A DNA stretch of 64,000 nucleotides, from contig OX597823.1 of NCBI GenBank assembly GCA_951406725.2, positions 117,800,001-117,864,000 of the forward strand, given 5' to 3'. This DNA comes from Octopus vulgaris. Lineage: Eukaryota. The notes under the pieces were generated by a model. It was not told the origin of the DNA and did not search any database. It saw only the letters and a program-made list of their open reading frames with translations. Shown here piece by piece: positions 45,641 to 59,357 of the stretch. The position numbers and the translations under genes are program-made. Within the stretch, counting starts at the first letter, position 1; each line of letters opens with the position of its first letter.

Positions 45641-46128
45641 CTTGAAAATAAAATAAATACAAAATTAAATATTATAAATTTACAGATGTAAGAGGTATGT
45701 AGTGAGTGGATAGAACAACATTTTGCCTTTCTCAAAGACATTAGAAACAAATGAATTAAGGTCTGAGAGGAAATGAGATCTTGGTTATTAACTTTGTTCA
45801 CTAACGTCATTCTTAATAGTGTCCCCTTTTTGTTAATTCTTATTTAAGAAAGGGATTTGACTTTTGGAACAGAAAATCACCTAATAACTCGGTATGATAC
45901 AAGTTATAGAGAAGAATCTTTACTTCTCAAAGGGCCTAATTTGAAAAAAGACAAGGGATAGAAAGAGTCTATCTGCATTGCTTGAAGACAAAAGGCAATA
46001 GCAACAGGATATCTAGTTCAGTGTTTACAAGAAGTTAAAAATCATTAAATATTATATTGATTAATATGAGTGGTATTAGAAATACAGAAAACAGCAAAAT
46101 TCAATCACAGATGGTAAAGAGTCCATAC

Positions 46129-46260
46129 CTTCATTCCTTGGGAACCACATCCAAGCCATAAGGCTTCCATTAGCTGCATTTTTCCAAGGTTGGCTTTTGC
46201 AGTTGTCCAGAGGTTCTCAACAGAAGTGGCAACAACAGAAGGTGAACAGAAAGACGTATC
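46129..46260 (-). CDS. RIC1: RIC1 coding exon (132 nt, phase 0 to 0)
   Basis: aaatcttcAG / [50 protein letters not shown] resembles RIC1 FCPPVVLAQSVENVW...LEALWLSCGGAGMK. Confidence 0.93.
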
Positions 46261-46943
46261 CTGAAGATTTAAGAATTTATTTATAACAAAAATACAATGA
46301 AGAAGGCATATTAAAATATTTCCAACAGGGGAAGAAACAACAGCCAGTTAAAGAAAACAATGTCCATCAAGTGAGAGCTTAGATGAAACCCAGCCAAAAA
46401 TCTGAATCTGAGTGTCAAATCCTCCATCTTGACACATCTTGAGTGGATTCCTTGAATAAAACTTACAGGCAGGCACTGAAATTCCATGAGAAACAAATAG
46501 CCATTGTACAGACAGAAAGATAGATATTTACCTTTGAAACAATAGATAGAATTATCCTTAATATTTATCAATAAAAAATTCCCCTACCAATTACAAAGGA
46601 TACAACAATACATAAATACACACACACACACACACATATAAATATAAATATATATATATATTTATATATATATATATATATATACACACAAATACACATT
46701 TTCTTTTATTCTATTTTTGTTTATCATTTAACTATGGCCATGCTGCAGCACTGCTTTTAGTCAAATGAATCGACCCAAGGACTTATTCTTTGTAAGCCTA
46801 GTGCTTATTCTATCAGTCTCTTTTGTCAAACTGCTAAGTTATGGGGATGTAACCATTCCAACAAAGGTCGTCAAGCGATGGTGGGGAGACAAACACAGAC
46901 ACACAAACATATACATACATGTATGTATGTATGTGTATATATA

Positions 46944-46986
<43 letters not shown>

Positions 46987-46989
<3 letters not shown>

Positions 46990-48387
46990 TAATATCAAAG
47001 GGAAGCTAACTGGGAAGATAGGTTTTGTATGTGGCAGATGCGCAGGTGCTATAAACACTGAAAATGCGCAGAGACCAGCTTCCGCCTCATTCCAGGGAGA
47101 AAAACTAGAAGTAGTCGGTAGCTTCCGTTACCTAGGGGACTAAGTCAGTAGCGGAAGAGGGTGCGCTGAAAGTGTAATTGCTAGAATAAGAATAGCTTGG
47201 GCAAAGTTCAGAGAGCTCTTACCTCTGCTGGCGACAAAGGGCCTATCGTTCAGAGTAAAAGGTAGACTGTATGACGCTTGTGTACGAACAGCCATGCTAC
47301 ATGGCAGTGAAACATGGGCTGTGACTGCTGAGGACATGCGTAAGCTTGCAAGGAAAGAAGCCAGTATGATCCGATGGATTAGTAATGTCAGTGTGCATAT
47401 TCGACTGTGTGTAAGTACCTTGAGAGAAAAATTGGACCTAAGAAGCATCAGATGTGGTGTGCAAGAGAGATGTTTGCACTGGTATGATCATGTGGGGAGA
47501 ATGAATGAGGACATCTGTGTGAAAAAGTGCCACTCTCTAGCGGTTGAGGGAACCTGTGGAAGAGGCAGACCCAGGAAGAACTGGGATGAAGTGGTGAAGC
47601 ACAACCTTCGAACTTTAGGCCTTACCAAGGAAATGACTAGTGACCGAGACCTTTGGAAATATGCCGTGCATGAGAAGACCCAGCAAGCCAAATGAAACCA
47701 TAATCTCATGGCCTATGCCAGGGGCGTAAACAGCCCACTTGTACGTAACCTTTTCCTTCTTTGGTCACTAAAACTCTGCTTGCAAAGACCTGCTGAGGCA
47801 AGTGAAATCAAATCAAACCAATCAAAAGCAAAATCAAAATCAAGTTCGATGACTGGCGTCCATGCTGGCAGGGTGCAAAGAGCACCAAACGTGTGCGATC
47901 ATTGACAGAGCGGCTACCGGCTTCCGTGCCAGTGGCATTTAAAGGGCACCATTCGAGCGTGATCGTTACCAGCGTCGCCTTACTGGCACTTGTGCCCGTG
48001 CTAGTAGGGTGCCAAGAGCACCATCCCAGTGTGATCGTTGCCAGAGCAGCCAACTGGCTTCCGTGCCAGTGGCACGTAAAAGGGCACCATTTGAGCGTGA
48101 TCATTACCAAAGTTGCCTTACTGGCAACTGTGCTGGTGGCATGTGTAAAAGGATTCGAGCGAGGTCATTGCCAGTACCACCTGACTGGCCCCCGTGCCGG
48201 AGGCACGTAAAAAGCACCCACTACACTCTCGGAGTGGTTGGCATTAGGAAGGGCATCCAGCTGTAGAAACTCTGCCTGATCAAGATTGGAGCCTGGTGCA
48301 ACCATTTGGTTCGCCAGCCCTCAGTCAAAATCGTCCAACCCATGCTAGCATGGAAAACGGACGTTAAACAATGATGATGATGATGAT
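46987..48387 (+). mobile_element. RTE LINE 3' fragment (third subfamily)
   Basis: SNIKGKLTGK...FRYLGD*...RGRPRKNWDEV, a repeated 3' UTR and a (GAT)n tail. The 5' end lies in a TA tract. Confidence 0.92.
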
Positions 48388-48973
48388 ATATACAATGGCT
48401 TTCTTTCAGTTTCTGTCTACCAAATCCATGACCCAAGGCTATAGTAGAAGACACTTGTCCAAGGTACCACGCCATGGGACTGAACCCGGAACCAAGTGGT
48501 TGGGAAGCAAGCTTCTTACCACACAGCCACTCCTGCGCCTATATATATACACACACACGCACACACACACTCATATGCATATACACATACGTACACACAT
48601 ATAGCTATGCATATACACATACATAGACACAGACATTTATGCATATACTCATAGAGACACATACATACATATATGATGGCTGCAAGTCAATTTCAAGCAA
48701 TGAAATCACTTGATTTCCTTAAAGAAAGAGTGAGAGAGAGAGAGAGAGGCATACACATATGTATATACATACACACACATTTATACCTACACACGGCACA
48801 TATGATGGGCTTTCACACAGTTTCCATTGACCAAATTCAGCCACAAGACATTTATATAGTAAAAGTCATTTAAGTCACTTGCTCAAGGTGTTGCAATTTG
48901 GGACTGAACCCAAAACACAGGAGAGACAAAATTTAACAAACATTGTCTTAGTCCAACACTTAAAAGAAAAAAG

Positions 48974-49009
48974 TCTTAACGTTTCAGATGTTAGTCCTTC
49001 ATCAGAAGA
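48974..49009 (-). ncRNA. Minimal hammerhead-like motif (Penelope type) with weakened stem II
   Basis: TCTT-CTGATGA-A-GGAC-TAAC-ATCT-GAAA-CG-TT-AAGA. Stem I TCTT/AAGA; palindromic ACGT replaces stem III. Confidence 0.55.
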
Positions 49010-51729
49010 GAAGATCAAAGTATGGGAAATGAGAAAGAGGACGAATTGGTGAGAGAAAATAAAATATATAACAGGTAAGGGATTAGTAGACAGGTGGGAA
49101 TGTGGTTCTATGGAGTGGGGTGAATTAAAAACGGAACAAGGAGCAAATGTGCAAATTCAGCAATAGGATGGTATCTATGCTTAGAGACAGACATGGAAGG
49201 TAGTGAGGGGGCTTTGGGTAGGGGGTAGGGGTGTAGAAGTGTGCAAGTATAGTGGTGTAGTTTGCTGGTGGGGGTGAGTTGTTGGTGTGTCTAATCATTA
49301 AGAGTGTATGAGGAAAGCATGGATGTGAGGAGGTGAGAACAGGTACAAATATGTGGTAAAAGGGAAGGCAAGTGGAATGCAGAGGGTGTGCAAGGGTAAG
49401 AGTATGAGAAGCCATCACTTGGAAAGAAGGTACAAACAGACAGACACACATACATCCACAAATAGGTGTCCAAACAAAAGGAGCATTCAACATATGTCAT
49501 GGAGGTTATATTATGGAACAGTATTAACAGATTCAGGTTTGCATTAATAAAAGTAATGTATACCCAAGTCAAACTATTAATACATATATATACATATATA
49601 TATATACAGACACACAAACATACATTTATGTATACATACATACATACAAACACACATTTATGTATACATACATATATATAGATAGATATATACACACACA
49701 GATCAATGACAAATGAAATCTACCAACATTCAGTTCCTGTGTATATAAAAAAAATATCAGCATATATTTGAATACATAATACTACATTCTTTGACTTTCT
49801 TCTGCCCTTAAGACTCTCAGATTGATTATTTTGCCAAATATTCCAAGACATAATTCAAAGATAAAACAACAACAAAAACAATAATTTTCAAGAAAAAAAT
49901 ATTTAGAACTCAAAACGTAAAAAAAAAAAAAGTTCCCCTTGCCCACACTTCACAACAAATAATATCTTAGTTTCTGTTATTACAATGAAGGAACCGCAGA
50001 TAAGTTCTTCTTCTGAGACTGACAATAATAGAATTGAAAATGGTAAAGTGTTTTTACTTCAATTTTTTATTATTTTTCAACAAGCAATTCGTATATTGGC
50101 TGGAAGTCAAAATGAATAAAATGTAATCAATGCACAGATAAGGCAATGAAGAAATTTCTTGGTTTTATAACTGGTTTTGACACGACACAACAACTTAACT
50201 GAATTTTGTTTTGTTTTGTTTTTGTCTTTTTTTCTTTTTGCTTTTTTCTTCTTCACATTGAACAAATTAACATGTCCCCACTGTGTTAAGATGGAGAATT
50301 AGATTTGAAGTGCTTTTTTTTTTACTAGAGTGACACTGAAGAGCCTATATTTTTCTTTTCCTTTACCCTCCTTTACTAAACTCATGTACAACTGCAAGGT
50401 AAAAAAAAAAAATTAAACAATCAACAATGACAAAATTTTAAAAACTCATCTCTCACACAGACACACACATCTAGATAAATGGTTGTCTATATTTTTTAGG
50501 TAAATTCCTTTAGCTTCAATCCTTTGGACTATCGACGACAGCTTTCGTGTCTTATTGTTATATTATGTCTGCCTGTTACGCTATACTTCAGTTGGTTTAA
50601 TTTCTAATTGTCTTTAGGTACCCAACATTTACATTCCTAACCACAAAGTCATTCTTTATTATGACTATATGATAAGTCTTGAAAATGTACCAGTGAAAAT
50701 ATTGACTGATGTTTAAAATGGAAACGTTAAGAGAATTTGATAAACTAGTAAAAGAACGTAATTCTGAAGCAATAGAAATAGATTCAAACTTGCCAAGAAT
50801 TCTTATTTTATTCTATTCATAAATGTTTGTTGGTAATGATTCTGCTATTGCCACTAATTAACCATTTTGAACCAAAAATGGGGTCTCTACATGGTTCCTT
50901 AACATACTGTAGATAACAACCAAATTTCCTTTAAATCACACCTTACTGAATTAAACAAAAAAGGTAAAAGACACATTAGACACCAGTCTAAGACTACATT
51001 AAAGAAGATAAACTGATCATGACTAGAGAACATTTAATCATAGGTCTGCCTAGACAGTGTTGACCTGGGGCTAAACAACAACTAAACAAGGTAGGATGTT
51101 GCAATTACTTATAGCAAAACAAGAAAGAGTATCTACATAATCATTTGATCTGCTAGAAGTAGCAACCACTGCATCTTCAAGTAACACCCTATCACCTTCA
51201 AAAGGAAGGAGATGATGTTATGGCTAGAATACTTATCATCATACTCAGTCAGGGCTAATGAACCATGATTGATAGAAAACTTGTGTGGATATTAAATGAA
51301 AACTTTCTTATATTGGCAGCAGAAATGAGGAAGAAGAATCGTCAAATCAAATGAAGCCCAGCACTCAACTGGGACTTGTTTAAGAAAACAAATTATAAGG
51401 TTTGTCATGATATGAACCAGACATTATCTCAAGATCCTTTTGACACATCTTTTTAAAGAAACATGATGGCTTCTCATAGATAGATGTGAAATAAATTGTA
51501 CTTAATTCTATATACAATGTATATGGAATTCTGTCTTTTTATTGATATTCTTCAAACACTAAAAGCAATAGCAAAACCCAAACTATTATTGATTAAATTT
51601 ACTTTAACTTATTGATATAACTACTAGCTTTAATAGTAAAACACAATTTCCTAAAGAATTTTCATTGCCAATGTTCCAAAATCCATTGTATTACATAAAC
51701 ACACGCAGATAATAGATTTATATAGATAT

Positions 51730-52040
51730 CACCATGATCACCGTGACCAACCAGGCTATCAGATGTTGTTACACATCGCTGGTCACAATGCACTTCGCAT
51801 TGTTTTAGCCTTCAGATGACGCCACCCCGCTGGCTAAGCAAGCAGGCCAACAGAAGAAAGAGTGAGAGAAAGTTGTGGCGAAAGAGTACAACGGATCGCC
51901 ACCCCACCCCCTGCCGGAGCCTCATGGAGCTTTAGGTGTTTTCGCTCAATAAACACTCACAACGCCCAGTCTGGGAATCAAAACCGTGATCCTACAACCG
52001 TGAGTCCGCTACCCTAACCACAGGGCCATTGTGCCTCCAC
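51730..52040 (-). mobile_element. tRNA(Arg)-like SINE family 3, body type b
   Basis: Same head as 44818, a B-box-like GGTTTTGATTCCC, a different 3' half and a CACGGTGAT/CATGGTGAT tail. Confidence 0.8.
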
Positions 52041-52230
52041 TTATATAGATATATTGCACCATAATTTCTGTATTTAATTATACAATTCTTCAAACTACCT
52101 TTTTCAATGTATGTAGGTCTAAAAACAAAGAGAGGGACCAGAATTTTGAAAAACAAAAAAAAAAATCCACCAAAAGAAACTAAACTGAATCTGTCCCTTT
52201 CAACTGTTTATAAGAAACTAGCATACTTAC

Positions 52231-52358
52231 CAAGGAATATTTGCTGTTGTCAGCTTTCATATGAGATGATGCTTTCTCTGGCTGGAACATCAACAGCTTA
52301 CCAGAGAGATTAACCAAAATACTTTCCGCATCTTTCAAAGGTTTCTGCAGACGTGAAC
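52231..52358 (-). CDS. RIC1: RIC1 coding exon (128 nt, phase 1 to 0)
   Basis: gtttgtcttaAG / GTAAGT. (G)SRLQKPLKDAESILVNLSGKLLMFQPEKASSHMKADNSKYSL resembles RIC1 AESIMLNLAGQLIMMQ. Not in the ORF track; translated by hand. Confidence 0.88.
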
Positions 52359-52759
52359 CTTAAGACAAACAGAGTTTATGAAAACATTTTATGACAGACT
52401 AAAACTTCATACAGCTTCAGCGGTTATTTGATAAGCAGGAAGGGAAATGAAATACAATTACAAAGTTTGCCCTCCAATCACACCAACAATTTATACCAAG
52501 TGATACAAAATTCTTGGTGGATATGGTCCTTTTGCTGAAAAGATAATTAAGGATACAGTCAACAAGCTCACTGTAAATAAAACACTCTCTCACTCACACA
52601 CACACACTCTCACACACTTTCTCTCTCTCTCTCTTTCACACACTCACACACACAGATCCGATTTGATATACTAATGTCTCTGGCTAAATTCAATCAATCT
52701 TGTAATATTACAAAATAAATATATTAATCACAGGAAAGAAAGAGGGAAGAAAATTTTCT

Positions 52760-52960
52760 TATATAACTACATATATTGACCCTTCTGTCCGGCAGTCGCC
52801 ATGATAGATCGGTAGCCACTACGCACATTTTTTTTCTTTCCTTTTTTTCTTTCCTTGTTTTTTTCTGTGTCCCTTTCTGTAGAAGAGCGTTATACTAAAA
52901 CATCTGTTTGTTTTGTACACCACCTGTCTTTGTCTTTTGTTTTTTAGTGAACTCTCTGCA
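52760..52960 (+). mobile_element. Short repeat (Penelope pLTR-like remnant), homologous to 55400-55530 (-)
   Basis: Shared CTG..GAAGAG and CACCTGTCTT..TCTTTTGTTTT blocks. Confidence 0.5.
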
Positions 52961-54297
52961 TATACAGATGTTACACTTCTCAAATGTTACCATATTGTTA
53001 AGAGTAATACTGTTATTAAACAAGTTAAAGCTAATCACACACACGCAGTAATATGGTACTCGACTATGTTTTCATAATTTCATCTAAAAGTGATGCATAA
53101 TTTTGTTGGTTTCAGTGTTCCGAAACACACTACTATCAGGTGCTTAATGACAAGGATACAAAATAAAACAAGAGAGAGACATGGTTAGATAGAGGCAAGT
53201 GCATTTTTCTAAATAACATAAGATAATACGACCCTACACTCTTTCTACTGGCATATTCCTAAATCAGACAATCTTAAAGATGTAGAAGTTATTTCAGATA
53301 AAGATCTAGAGTAGAAAACTTGCATTTAGTAACAAAAAAAAAAAAAATTATGGTAAGGAAAACGTCATTGCTGATACTTGGAACATCCTGATTAAGAGAA
53401 TGCAATTCTGTAAAACTTTTATATTCAATTTCTCTGAACATATCGGGATACTGCAGACATCAAGAGAAAGTGAAAAACTGGACACTGCTACTGAGAGAAA
53501 CAATGTGAATGGAACAGTGAGAGAGGGGTCAGAGAGAGAGAGAGAGGGGTCAGAGAGAAAGAGAGGTCAGAGAGAGAGAGAAAATAAATCCTTTATTGAC
53601 AGACAGACGGAAAGGAAGAGACGTTATTCCAGAGATAAAGAAACTATCACCATTTTGGGCAGGTCAGCTGATTCATGTTAATTCTTATCCATAGTTACTG
53701 ACTCTTCAATAGGTTAGAGAGATATCTCTCTCTCTCTCTTAGCTATCTCAGCACCAACAAGGTTTCCATGACTAGACACTGTTCCTAACACCAACCACTT
53801 TACAGAGTACACTGGATGCAAGGGAAGCTGCTTTTCTTCTTTTTATTAGAATTATTAACCTATTTATTCATTCTTTACAATCCTCTCAACTTCTCTTATA
53901 TTCAAATTATATTCACCATCATCTTCTATCTTTGCAAACTGGAATAATCATATATCTCCCCTACAAGACCCTTCATCATACTTTAACCTATCATCACCTG
54001 ACATAAAGTCACCTCCCTCAGCACTACACCCCACCCTTATTCAAGGGGTCTTATCTTGCAAGTTACCTGGTAACTTCACTGGTACCAGTGCTGCATAAAA
54101 TGTATCCAGTACACTCTGTAAAGTGTTTGGCCTAAGAAAGGACATCCAGTTGTAGAAACCATGCCAAGGCAGAGATTGGAGCTTGGTGCAGTCTTCTGTT
54201 AAACTGTCCTGCTCTTGCCAGCTTGGCAAATGGGTGTTAACTGATCACACACACACACACACATACTGAATTGATATATGAACATCATAAGATATAT

Positions 54298-54527
54298 ATT
54301 TCTTTACTGCCCACAAGGGGCTAAACATAGAGGGGGACAAACAAGGACAGCCAAAGGGATTAAGTCGATTACATCGACCCCCAGAGCGAAACTGGTACTT
54401 TATTTATCGAACCCGAAAGGATGGAAGGCAAAGTCGACCTCGGCAGAATTTGAACTCAGAACAAAACAACAGACGAAATACCACTATGCATTTCGCCCAG
54501 CGTGCTAACGTTTCTGCCAGCTCGCTG
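54298..54527 (-). mobile_element. tRNA-derived SINE family 1
   Basis: Reverse complement of the 44176 copy. Confidence 0.85.
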
Positions 54528-55122
54528 CAACATATCTTTAAACTCTAATACATTGTTACACAGCAGTAAACATTGGTGAAAATAAACTTGCATAGCTAAA
54601 AGGATATTTGAGAACAACATATTTAGAATAATAAAAAGGAGAAAAGCATGAATTTCACATAGGACATAATTCAAATGTGCTTTATAGTTGTTTCAATAAA
54701 TTAAAGACATCTTCATTTATGTCTTTACATAATTAATTATAGTTAATTCATATAAGATGGGTTGGCCATCTGCTCAAGAAAAAAAGTTGAAAAATGGACA
54801 CCAAAATAGTTTCCATTTTAAACATGTTATAAAGAAAAAACTTTAAAAAAAAACAAAGATATGTAATATGTATGTGCATGTGTGTATCATCACCATCATC
54901 ATTATTTTAATATACATTTTTCCATACCCGCAAGGGCCAGGCAGAATTTGTTGTGGTTGATTTCTATAGCAGGATGCCCTTCCTGTTGCCAACACTCACC
55001 TATTTCCAAGTAAGGTAATATTTCCCCCATAACTGGACATGTTTTCATGGAAGATTGGAAACAAAAGACCCCTACTATTGTGTTGTCAAGGCAAGGAGAC
55101 AGTAACACACACGTAAACAGAC

Positions 55123-55397
55123 ACATGCATGCATGCATGCATGCATGCATGCATGCATGCATACATACATACATACATACATACATACATACATACATAC
55201 ATACATACATACATACATACATACATACATACATACATACATACATACATACATACATACATACATACATACATACATACATACATACATACATACATAC
55301 ATACATACATACATACATACATACATACATACATACATACATACATACATACATACATACATACATACATACATACATACATACATACATACATACA
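55123..55397. repeat. (CATG)n followed by (CATA)n tetranucleotide repeat
   Basis: Read directly from the sequence. Confidence 0.97.
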
Positions 55398-55785
55398 AAC
55401 TAGTTCAAATCTACAGAAAACAAAAGATGAAGACAGGTGAAGGAACAACATGCATGTGTATTAGTTTGATGCTCAGGAAGAATGGAAAGTCTTTGATATT
55501 TCAAGCTTCCACTCTTCAACAGGATTGACAGGAAAAAAAATGTATAGGGATTAATGGTTCAACATGACAAAATGGCTGGATGACAGACAGACATTGTTTT
55601 CCACCAACCAAATTGACTCACAAGGGTTTGGTCGACCTGGGGCTACAATAGAAGACACTCACCTAAGGTGCCACACAGTGAAACTGAACCTGACATCATG
55701 TGGTTGGGAAGCAAACTGCTTACCCCATAGCCATGCCTGTGCCTATTAAATATTTAGCACAAGAGTGTATGTGTGTACATATATA

Positions 55786-56235
55786 TCTATTATATAAAAT
55801 CCGTTCTATCTGTCTGTATGTCTTCTAGGATCTTGGGCATCCTCCATCCGATTGCACTCAAATTTGATATGTAGATACTGACGGTATCAGGGCGTGTATA
55901 AGTCTTGAAAAAATTGCAAAAATCGATTCCAGGTGAGAATGCAATCAATAAAGCATTCTTTGGAATAGAAAAATGTCTATCTTTATTTCTTCCTTTGCTG
56001 GTGTCTCAAATTTAGGTTAAATCAGTGTTTCTCAAAGGGGAGGCCTATGGGACGGTCGGACAAGTTGTTTTAAGAAAATTTGGTTTAAATATTTGACAAC
56101 TCAGCACCGTCCATTGGACGGAGGGGGGGGGGGGCGTTTTGTATATATATATTTATAATCAGTCAGTTGTCCATAAGTCAAGAAAAACGCTCTAGAAAAG
56201 TCATAGTGTTATTTTATTTATCAGTATATTACTAG
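55786..56235 (+). mobile_element. Possible non-autonomous Helitron
   Basis: A|TCTATTATATAAAA 5' end and CTAG|T 3' end, inserted between A and T. No clear subterminal hairpin. Confidence 0.45.
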
Positions 56236-59080
56236 TTGTAGCATATAACTGGTGAGAATGTTACCAGCCAGCTTGTCTAAAGAGTTACAAATATTACCAA
56301 GTGAAACCATCGTTAACATTCTGACAGTCTCATGCCATAATCAGTAATATACTGCTTGACAATATAAAAAAATATATAAAGTGAAATGAAGAGAAGCAAA
56401 TTATTCAACTTCTAATATTTGTGTTTAAGGGAATGTTTTAGTCCAAACTAGGAAGCTGTAGGACAACCAATAATTTAATACAAAATATTAAATTAAAATA
56501 TTGTTCTCCTTCATTTAAGAATTTCTTTTAATCACAAAATGTTTTAAGGGAACCTACATACATTGGCAACTTAAAGGTATTTCAGGCTGACTGATTGAAT
56601 AAAGCATTTAAAAGATACACCTTAATAGATAATTAACTCTTTCCAAATTTGTAAAGTAATTTCTAATATGAAATTTATAAATATCTTATTTTTTAATGTT
56701 TGTTTAGTTCATTTTCCAAACAAAGCATACTAACATAATTTCAAATGTGTTGTCTGGTGCTGTGTTATATCCTTTATTTGCATTTTTTTTTGATGTAGGA
56801 CATTCTTAGAATTAATACTTTTTCATTGAAATGTTATGATAAAGGTTTAGGGTTAATATTTTAGATAACTAAATCAGAAATAAAAACAATTTTGCCAGTG
56901 GTAATCTAGAATACAGGGTCCAATGAGATGGAAGACATTATGACACACAGTAGCAAATGGTAGAAGCAGAAGACCGATCTCTTGATCAAAATTGAAATAA
57001 AACATCATCATCATCGTTTAACGTCCATTTTCCATGCTAGCATGGGTTGGACGGTTCGACCGGGGTCTGGGAAGCCAGGAGGCTGCACCAGGTTCCAGTC
57101 TGATCTGGCGGTGTTTCTACAGCTGGATGCCCTTCCTAACACCAACCACTCCATGAGTGTAGTGGGTGTTTTTTACATGCCAACCAGAGGAGGCTGGCAA
57201 ACGGCCATGATTGGTTGGTACTTTTACGCATCACCAACAAGGACGCCAGTCAGGTGGCGCTGGCATCTGCCACGTATAGATGGTGCTTTTAACATGTCAC
57301 TGGCACAGGTATCTTAACTACAATTTCCATAACGTTATTTTATCTATTATTTGTGTTTTGCCCAGTCTCTCATTGTTGTAAAGTTATTTTCATGCTATAT
57401 ATTAAACATGTTGCATGAAAATAAGAAAAAAAAACATAGTGCTACACTAGAAATGTGTAGAAGTCCCATAAAAGCTTACTATAGTTGAAAATCAGCCAGT
57501 CCTGGTAAAATTATAACACATTAACAGTCCCACAGACTTTACCTTGACAGACTTCTTTCACAAAATGCCCATAACTGCATATAAATACAATAATATCTCA
57601 CATATGGAATATAGTGAGTCAAAAGGCTTCACTTTGAGATTATCCATACAATTAGTATACAAAAACTCCTTCTTGAGGTGCTAAACAAGGAAGATAACTA
57701 TTAAATTCAATAAACTAAGATATTGGTAAAAAAGAAAAACACTCTCCAGAAGTGGATTAGATCTTTAAAACCAGTAAAAGTAACAGACATGTTTCAGTGT
57801 TATTGCATCACTTCAGCAAAGCATAATCTACTTAAACAGCACAATTAAGCAAGAATAATCATCAGTATCAAAAGAAATAGAAGGAATAACATGTCACTAA
57901 TTATGATATTAAAGGAGTTTTTACCAACTAATTGCATGGATAATCTTAGTTGATCAAAGTTTTTCAACTCACTAAATAATATAGGCCACTACCATATTTT
58001 GATTTAGTTTACAGAACACTCCACTGAAGTATTTCCCCTGAGTTCTTTTGTTGATGCACCTGGACTTAGCCAGAGACTGAGCAGCTGTTGACTCTTGTTA
58101 CCTGACAAAGCATAAATGCTTCAAATCAAAATATTGACTTTTTATCTGCCACAGTTTGATATTCTTATTAGGCTTCTACACAATGAATAAAACGGGTACA
58201 AATTGTGTGAGTGAAGGGGAGAAGGAGAGGGAGAAAGAGGAGAGCAATTGGTAGTGCCATGTTGAATACAGATTCTCATCTAAGCATTGTATCTATGGTA
58301 GCTGTTGATCAGCGAACCAGATGTAAAACACAACTAGGAAGAGATACTGAGAAGGACCAGTTTTCATAGACACATACCAAACATGCCTGAACTAGTAGTA
58401 ATAGTAGCAGTAGTGGTGGGATAGTTGCAAAACCCATCAGGTCATTGGTATGTAACTACAAAATAACTATAGATATTTTTTTCCACATGATATTGTATAA
58501 AAGGCAAGTCAGCTTGGCTGGGCTAATCCTCCATTTTCATATCTTACAGGATGATATGAGAATCAAAAAGAAAAAGATTCATTAATATAGCAGTCCATCT
58601 TCTAATCAAAGTACTGAGCTGTACCTGGTTTTAGAGTCTATCTATAGCTAGGTATACTCAGCCAATAAGAATTAAGACCCAACATGGCGCAGCTAAACAA
58701 GCATAAACCTACTGCAACTCTTTGATTGGTAGCCTGGTATCTTATTGGCTGAAATGCATATCTGCATGATTGATATAATAACACTTTAGCAGTTGTGTTA
58801 TGTTCTCAGAGTTGGTATCCAGGAATCATAACAAGGAATCACCAAAGGAAATATCTACAAAGTTAACCTCAAGAGAGCAATCTTCCAGAATTTGAAAACA
58901 CCAAACTCAGCTTCCAAACTGGAATCATTGGCATTCCTTAATAAAGAAACTGTAAAAGAAAAATTTAATATTTTCACAAAACCACACATGAATTAGTGCA
59001 ACTACACAACTTTATATTTTCACAATACAACAGAAAATCAAAATAAAAATCATATTTTGAAGGCTAAGATGAATACTTAC

Positions 59081-59188
59081 CAGATTCTGTCCTGATTGAG
59101 CTTAGAGTAATTCCTGTGACAAATAATGGATGAGGAATGGAATTCTGTAAGGAATTTTCTTGGACTTTTGTGATGTTAACAGAAGGAT
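59081..59188 (-). CDS. RIC1: RIC1 coding exon (108 nt, phase 1 to 1)
   Basis: tttgttttctAG / GTAAGT. (Y)PSVNITKVQENSLQNSIPHPLFVTGITLSSIRTES resembles RIC1 ...[26 protein letters not shown]. Phase fits the previous exon. Confidence 0.9.
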
Positions 59189-59203
59189 CTAGAAAACAAA
59201 CAA

Positions 59204-59254
<51 letters not shown>

Positions 59255-59357
59255 TCATCATCATCATCGTTTATATATATATAAGAGAAATAACCTCTAT
59301 TAAGTAATTCAATAGTGAAAGATATTCTAAAAATCACTAAATTAAATAAATGTTAAA

